A DNA stretch of 64,000 nt from an uncultured Prevotella sp. (GTDB lineage: Bacteria; Bacteroidota; Bacteroidia; Bacteroidales; Bacteroidaceae): positions 2,398 to 66,397 of the forward strand of contig CAMFEU010000003.1 of the NCBI GenBank assembly GCA_945949515.1, given 5' to 3'. Below, piece after piece: positions 59,230 through 64,000 of this stretch. How positions within the stretch are numbered: the stretch's first letter is position 1; each line of letters begins with the position of its first letter. The position numbers and the translations under genes were made by a program. The notes beneath the pieces are model-generated. The model was given only the letters and a program-made list of their open reading frames with translations, searched no databases and had not been told where the DNA came from.

Positions 59230-61008
59230 ATGGGAGAATATATTGTATCGGCACGCAAATACCGTCCGCACTCTTTCGACACCGTGGTGGGACAGGCTGC
59301 ACTCACCGCCACCCTGCGCAATGCAGTGAAGAGCGGAAAGCTGGCACATGCCTATCTGTTTTGCGGACCGAGAGGCGTGGGAAAAACCACCTGTGCCCGT
59401 ATCTTTGCCAAAGCCATCAACTGCGAGCATCCCACCCAAGAGGGAGAAGCATGCGGAGAGTGCGAAAGCTGCAAGGCTTTTGCAGAGCAACGCTCGTACA
59501 ACATCTTTGAACTCGACGCAGCCAGCAACAACTCGGTGGAGCACATCAAGACACTGATGGAGCAGACACGCGTTCCGCCACAGGTGGGCAAATACAAGGT
59601 GTTTATCATCGACGAGGTACACATGCTTTCAACGGCTGCCTTCAACGCTTTTCTGAAGACATTGGAAGAGCCACCCTCGCACGTTATCTTTATCCTTGCC
59701 ACCACCGAGAAACACAAGATACTGCCCACCATCCTCTCACGCTGCCAGATATACGACTTTGAGAGAATGACTGTGGGAAACATCATCGACCATCTGAAGA
59801 AAGTGGCAGCACAAGAGGGAATAGCCTACGAAGAGGAAGCACTGGCCGTGATTGCCGAAAAAGCCGACGGCGGAATGAGAGACGCCCTGTCGGTGTTCGA
59901 CCAGGCCAACAGCTTCTGCCAAGGCAATATCACCTATCAGAAAGTGATAGAAGACCTGAACGTGCTGGATGCCGACAACTACTTCAAACTGATTGACCTG
60001 AGCTACACCAACAAGGTGAGCGATATCATGGTGCTGTTAAACACACTGATAAACAAAGGATTTGACGGCGGACTGCTGGTAAACGGACTGGCAAAGCACG
60101 TGCGCAACGTGCTGATGGCAAAAGACGAAAGCACGCTGCCACTGCTGGAAGCAAGCGAAGGTATGCGCCAACGCTACAAGGAGCAGGCAGCCAAATGCAG
60201 CACCTCTTTTCTCTATCAGGCACTGAGAATAATGAACCAGTGTGACATCAACTACCGACAGAGCAGCAACAAACGGCTGTTAGTAGAGCTGACACTGATA
60301 GAGGTGGCACAGATAACACAAGCCGACGACAGCACCGTCGCGGGGCGCCGCCCCAAGAGATTGAAAAGCCTGTTCAAGAAATCCATGTCCCAGCCTCAGC
60401 AAGCAAGGCGAGTTCCGCAGGTAACTCCAGCCGAGGCAGGACATGAAGCCCCTGCTACCGTTTCGGCACGCAGCATACTCAACGAAGACACCACCGCCAA
60501 CAAGCCCAAACCCCTGAGCATCAAAATGGGTGCACTGTCTAACTCATGGCAAAACATCAGGATTGCCTCTACACAGAAAAAGAGCATACTGACTCCCGGT
60601 ACGCTGGACAAGGACAACCCTGATGCCAAGATAACAAACGAGCATCAGACTTTCACTCAGGAAGAACTGGAACTACAATGGATGTCAATGTGCAACAGGA
60701 TGCCCGAACGCCTGAGCGGTACTGCCACCCGTATGAAAAACATCATTCCGCAGATTGTTTCCTTTCCCCATCTGAGAATTATGGTGGAAAATCAGATTAT
60801 GATGGAACAGCTGCAAGCCATCCAAGGAAGCATTGTGAACACCCTGCGCCTGCATCTGCACAATGTGGATATCACCATGGAGATGCAATTAGTGGCACAC
60901 GAAGGGCCCATCAAGATACTTTCGCGCCGCGAACAGTTTGAAGAGATGGCGAAAGAAAACCCCGCCGTAGGCAAACTCAAACAACTGTTTGACTTGGAAC
61001 TGGCCTGA
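59230..61008 (+). CDS. dnaX: DNA polymerase III subunit gamma/tau
   Basis: GPRGVGKTT, CGECESCKAF zinc module, FIIDEVHMLS, SRCQ sensor. Confidence 0.95.
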   Translation: MGEYIVSARKYRPHSFDTVVGQAALTATLRNAVKSGKLAHAYLFCGPRGVGKTTCARIFAKAINCEHPTQEGEACGECESCKAFAEQRSYNIFELDAASNNSVEHIKTLMEQTRVPPQVGKYKVFIIDEVHMLSTAAFNAFLKTLEEPPSHVIFILATTEKHKILPTILSRCQIYDFERMTVGNIIDHLKKVAAQEGIAYEEEALAVIAEKADGGMRDALSVFDQANSFCQGNITYQKVIEDLNVLDADNYFKLIDLSYTNKVSDIMVLLNTLINKGFDGGLLVNGLAKHVRNVLMAKDESTLPLLEASEGMRQRYKEQAAKCSTSFLYQALRIMNQCDINYRQSSNKRLLVELTLIEVAQITQADDSTVAGRRPKRLKSLFKKSMSQPQQARRVPQVTPAEAGHEAPATVSARSILNEDTTANKPKPLSIKMGALSNSWQNIRIASTQKKSILTPGTLDKDNPDAKITNEHQTFTQEELELQWMSMCNRMPERLSGTATRMKNIIPQIVSFPHLRIMVENQIMMEQLQAIQGSIVNTLRLHLHNVDITMEMQLVAHEGPIKILSRREQFEEMAKENPAVGKLKQLFDLELA

Positions 61009-61115
61009 GAGAAGAATAAAATTCTTTAATCCTTTAATTTTTTAATTCTTCTCTCCTTTAATCCTTTAATTCTTTAATCCTTTAATATTTTAATTCTTTA
61101 ATCCTTTAATTCTTC
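61009..61115 (+). repeat. short CCTTTAAT-type octamer array without cargo gene
   Basis: gagaagaataaaattctttaatcctttaattttttaattcttctctcctttaatcctttaattctttaatcctttaatattttaattctttaatcctttaattc. It fills the whole dnaX-asnA convergent spacer. gagaagaat (61009-61017) is complementary to attcttctc (61045-61053). Confidence 0.9.
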
Positions 61116-62153
61116 TTATATCAACGGCATTCCCAATTCTCTGCACTGGTTACGCATCTCCTCGGGCCAAATGCTTGCCTGAATTTCTCCGATATGCGCT
61201 TTGTGCAGCAGCACCATACACAGACGGCTCTGCCCTATGCCTCCACCGATACTCAGCGGCAATTCATCTGCCATCAACTTCTTATGGAAATAGAGTTGCA
61301 AGCGTTCTTCCTTACCCTCTATCTGAAGCTGGCGCACCAAGGCATCCTTATCCACACGAATACCCATGGAAGAGAGTTCAAACGACCTTCCCAGCACAGG
61401 ATACCATATCAGTATATCGCCATTCAAGCCGATAGAACCATCCTCAGCCACTGTGGACCAGTCGTCGTAATCGGGAGCTCTTCCATCGTGCTTTTTCCCA
61501 TCACTCAGTTTGCCTCCAATACCAATCACAAACACAGCTCCACGCTCCTTGCATATTGCATCCTCACGTTCCTTGGCACTCATGCCTGGATACATCTTCA
61601 GCAGTTCCTCGCTGTGTACGAAAGAAATTTTCTCGGGCAAGAATGGCTTTATCTGTGAATAGGTCTCGCATGTAAGATACTCCGTGCGGCGGATAGCAGC
61701 ATAGATGCGTTGCACCGTGTCTTTAAGATATGCCAGTGTGCGCTGTTCTTTGGTGATGACTGCCTCCCAGTCCCACTGATCTACATAGAGCGAGTGCAGA
61801 TTGTCCAACTCCTCGTCTGCTCTGATAGCATTCATATCCGTATAGATGCCATAACCTGGCTCTATGCCATATTCTCCCAAAGTGAGCCTCTTCCATTTGG
61901 CGAGCGAGTGAACCACCTCTGCCTTTGCATCCTGCAAGTCTTTCACAGGAAAGGTAACGGCACGCTCCACTCCGTTCAAGTCGTCGTTGATACCCAAGCC
62001 TTTGAGCACAAAGAGCGGAGCAGTGACACGTCTCAACCGCAGCTCTGTGGAGAGATTCTGCTGAAAAAACTCCTTTATCAATTTGATTCCCTGCTCTGTT
62101 TGCTTCACATCAAGCAGCGCTTTGTAGTCAATAGGTTTGATTAAATTGCTCAT
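61116..62153 (-). CDS. asnA: aspartate--ammonia ligase
   Basis: 345 aa with an AsnA-like class II synthetase-fold core (QSRLCM, GGGIGQSR). Confidence 0.9.
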   Translation of the reverse strand: MSNLIKPIDYKALLDVKQTEQGIKLIKEFFQQNLSTELRLRRVTAPLFVLKGLGINDDLNGVERAVTFPVKDLQDAKAEVVHSLAKWKRLTLGEYGIEPGYGIYTDMNAIRADEELDNLHSLYVDQWDWEAVITKEQRTLAYLKDTVQRIYAAIRRTEYLTCETYSQIKPFLPEKISFVHSEELLKMYPGMSAKEREDAICKERGAVFVIGIGGKLSDGKKHDGRAPDYDDWSTVAEDGSIGLNGDILIWYPVLGRSFELSSMGIRVDKDALVRQLQIEGKEERLQLYFHKKLMADELPLSIGGGIGQSRLCMVLLHKAHIGEIQASIWPEEMRNQCRELGMPLI

Positions 62154-62196
62154 TATCTTCTTTCTTTTTTGACTTCATACTTTACAAAAACGAATG

Positions 62197-62204
62197 CAAA
62201 GGTA
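62197..62204 (-). promoter_or_regulatory. -7 promoter box TAccTTTG for asnA
   Basis: reverse complement of caaaggta, 44 nt upstream of the ATG at 62153. Confidence 0.55.
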
Positions 62205-62344
62205 CACATTTTAAAGTAATCTGCAAGTATTTTTCAAAAATATTCATCAAAATGATAACAAATAATCCAATTTCCTTACAATAAAGGAATCATCTCAGAG
62301 GATAATTATCCATTGTTTTCTTGCTCCTTTCAAACATTTTTTAT

Positions 62345-62352
62345 TACCTTTG
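62345..62352 (+). promoter_or_regulatory. -7 promoter box TAccTTTG for the tRNA gene
   Basis: 44 nt upstream of the tRNA 5' end. Confidence 0.5.
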
Positions 62353-62395
62353 CAGTTGATATAACCGCTCCCTTGAGTTCGTGAATATATGTAAA

Positions 62396-62472
62396 GGTCT
62401 CGTAGCTTAGCTGAATAGAGCGTCAGATTCCGGTTCTGAAGGTCGTGGGTTTGAATCCCACCGAGATCACCA
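62396..62472 (+). tRNA. tRNA-Arg (anticodon CCG), CCA encoded
   Basis: hand-folded cloverleaf. Acceptor GGTCTCG/CGAGATC, D stem GCTT/GAGC, anticodon stem TCAGA/TCTGA with loop TTCCGGT, T stem GTGGG/CCCAC, discriminator A, CCA. Confidence 0.85.
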
Positions 62473-62513
62473 AGTGCAAACTACTGATTTTTGAAATATT
62501 TACGAAGGTTATA

Positions 62514-62562
62514 TTTAAGGCAGGTTCTATCATTACAATTCTTTTTTTGAACCTACCTTAAA
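62514..62562 (-). repeat. 49-bp internally deleted derivative of MITE family B (both termini only)
   Basis: tttaaggcaggttctatcattacaattctttttttga matches the reverse complement of the right end of copy 2 and is joined directly to acctaccttaaa. Confidence 0.7.
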
Positions 62563-63228
62563 AAAATCACTTGCTTCATTTTGTTATTTCAATGAGTCCA
62601 TAAAAGGACATGCCTTAGATTTCTTCCGTCCTGAGAGGGGAGCTGATAGGGCGTGAAATGCTTCTTTTTAAAATGTGTATAGATGTTAAATACAGAGGAA
62701 AAATGGGCTGAAATGTTAAACTGCATATTTATGCAATTTCGTTCTGAGCCACTTTTTTCTCGCTGTGGACTATAATGAAGCCCAGAGGGAGATCGTGCGT
62801 TAGAACGAAAATTCTAAAATAGAAACTGATTATCAAGTAGTTACAAACCTAAAAATAGCGAATTATGGACCAGTGTAGTATCAAAATGACATGAAAACTG
62901 TTCACTTTTTCGCTTTTTATCCTCACAATCTGCCTAAAATTACCGATTTTTCTCCATGAAGTTCTATGAACCACAAAAATACAAAATCTTTACATTTTGG
63001 CGGAGATGGAAGGAGGTGCTCTGCCCCACTTTCAGTTTTCAGGTAGCCAATCAGTCTTCTTCAGATACGCAATCAGTCTTTCTCAAATTTCCACTTCCGC
63101 ATCTTTGAGTTTTTACTACTGCTTTTATGATGATTTACTCCTATTTTTATAATGAGGTGGTTAAATATAGACTAAATCCCCATGGATATTGCTTTGAATT
63201 TGTTTCTGACGTTGATTGCAATGCTTTC

Positions 63229-63413
63229 CTGCCGAGAATACAAAATTTTCAAGCCAGGAAAATAATTGTTTTCGGCCGAGAGAATTTTATGCTCGATATG
63301 AGAATCAACTACATTCCTTACGAGAATGAAGTGTATTCTGGTAAAGAATGAAGTGTATTCTCGTAAGGAATGTAGTTGATTTTCGTAAGGAATGTAAAAT
63401 TCTCGGCGGCAGA
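63229..63413. repeat. nested imperfect palindrome with perfect 25-bp inverted core arms
   Basis: 63303-63327 aatcaactacattccttacgagaat is the reverse complement of 63357-63381. Outer arms are gccgagagaatttta / taaaattctcggc and ctgccgagaat / attctcggcggcag. The 17-nt direct repeat agaatgaagtgtattct occurs at 63323 and 63345. Confidence 0.85.
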
Positions 63414-63656
63414 ATGTAACTCATTCAATATGAGGAAGAAAAATGTTGAAGATTTGGCTTCCAAACAGATCATTGGAGGAAGCCATGCAAAAAAGCAACC
63501 ATTGGGATGCAAAGTTGCATCTTTTGGAGTGCAAAGTAACACCCATCAAGATGCAAAGTAACAATTATCAGAATGCGATTCCATTTTTTTTCGATTTCAA
63601 CTTAGCATATCTTCCAACCACTAACGCCCCACTCCCCATCAAAAATCAGCCCTCTC

Positions 63657-63701
63657 AAAACTGCATAATTATACAGATTGAGTGTATATTTATGCAGTTT
63701 T
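63657..63701. terminator. hairpin aaaactgcataa / ttatgcagtttt with flanking A and T runs
   Basis: 12-bp stem with a nested tataca/tgtata stem. A related motif, aaactgcatatttatgca, occurs at 62714. Confidence 0.4.
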
Positions 63702-63769
63702 GGACTATTCTTTCACTCTTAATTGTTAAAATGAAGCGCGCCTTTTAAACATTTTTTATGCATTTCGAG

Positions 63770-63820
63770 AATCCCCATGCAGGCATTGCAGTGCATCGCT
63801 GCATCACCTGCATGGGGATT
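63770..63820. terminator. 14-bp-stem hairpin downstream of the partial minus-strand gene
   Basis: aatccccatgcagg / cctgcatggggatt with a 23-nt loop; no clear U-tract on the minus strand. Confidence 0.35.
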
Positions 63821-63863
63821 ATTTATGAGATTACAGAAAATGACAATCTGATTCTCCCGTTCT

Positions 63864-64000
63864 TTACTTCATTATCTTCCTTGTTGTGCCGTCGCTCATG
63901 CGGAGGATGTTCATGCCACTCTTTATGCCGCCATTTCTCTTTCCCTCAAGGTTATAGATGGCATCCACTGTGGCTGATGTGCCAACGGTATTGGTCTCAA
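63864..64000 (-). CDS. 3' end of a gene running off the window (C-terminus ...VDAIYNLEGKRNGGIKSGMNILRMSDGTTRKIMK)
   Basis: open frame to the window edge. The tail resembles Bacteroidota secreted-protein C-terminal (T9SS-type) sorting domains, but only 45 aa are visible. Confidence 0.4.
   Translation of the reverse strand, partial: ETNTVGTSATVDAIYNLEGKRNGGIKSGMNILRMSDGTTRKIMK

Noticed and set aside
62630-62710. faint resemblance to tmRNA 5' end (ggggagctgatagg) and RNase P motifs (gaggaaaaatgggctg, gggcgtgaaa)
   Set aside because: The motifs are in the wrong order and imperfect, the GC content is low, and there is no supporting helices or 3' CCA/T-arm-like structure.
63127-63542. two 74-aa ORFs on opposite strands, both containing INYIPYEN
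   Set aside because: They are mirror-image artefacts of the palindrome at 63303-63381; identical peptides on both strands indicate DNA symmetry, not coding.
62473-63863. integrated mobile element at the tRNA-Arg 3' end
   Set aside because: No direct repeat of the tRNA 3' segment and no integrase/excisionase ORF are visible in the window. It is kept only as a hypothesis under the ORF-desert finding.

Overview
This 64-kb segment looks like a Bacteroidota chromosome, probably Prevotella/Segatella-like. That call rests on gene content and on the TAnnTTTG -7 promoter box that recurs 20-70 nt upstream of many start codons. Most of the window is densely packed housekeeping DNA with about 50 supportable CDS. 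These include: a WbaP-type sugar transferase; a split-transketolase/FGGY-kinase/FucI-like isomerase operon; fabK, holA and a nif3-DUF164 operon ending in an HhH-plus-beta-barrel gene; metY-cysK; an OmpR/HK pair followed by two tandem solute-binding-domain histidine kinases; an AraC regulator, nhaD and rhaB-rhaA-rhaT; dcp, dCMP deaminase, ctp, recF, ribH and a GH2 glycosidase; a folD and 2-oxoacid:ferredoxin oxidoreductase cluster; ffh and pepC; a pheA-aminotransferase-DAHPS/CM-tyrA operon; and dnaX, asnA and tRNA-Arg(CCG). I found no defence island, CRISPR array, integrase or transposase. The observations worth a second look are non-coding or selfish-element-like. (1) A four-helix-bundle (23S-IVS/Avd-like) gene sits inside the aromatic amino-acid operon, bracketed by inverted arrays of an 8-bp repeat (CCTTTAAT, about 42 units on one side). 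A cargo-less copy of the same array lies between dnaX and asnA. (2) A textbook-looking ribosome-mediated attenuator, with a Phe/Tyr-rich 25-codon leader peptide, precedes pheA. (3) There are two families of MITE-like palindromic repeats, one of which flanks pepC on both sides. (4) An ORF-free, AT-rich 1.4-kb stretch with nested palindromes lies downstream of the tRNA. All functional calls come from motif recognition by eye; no searches were run.
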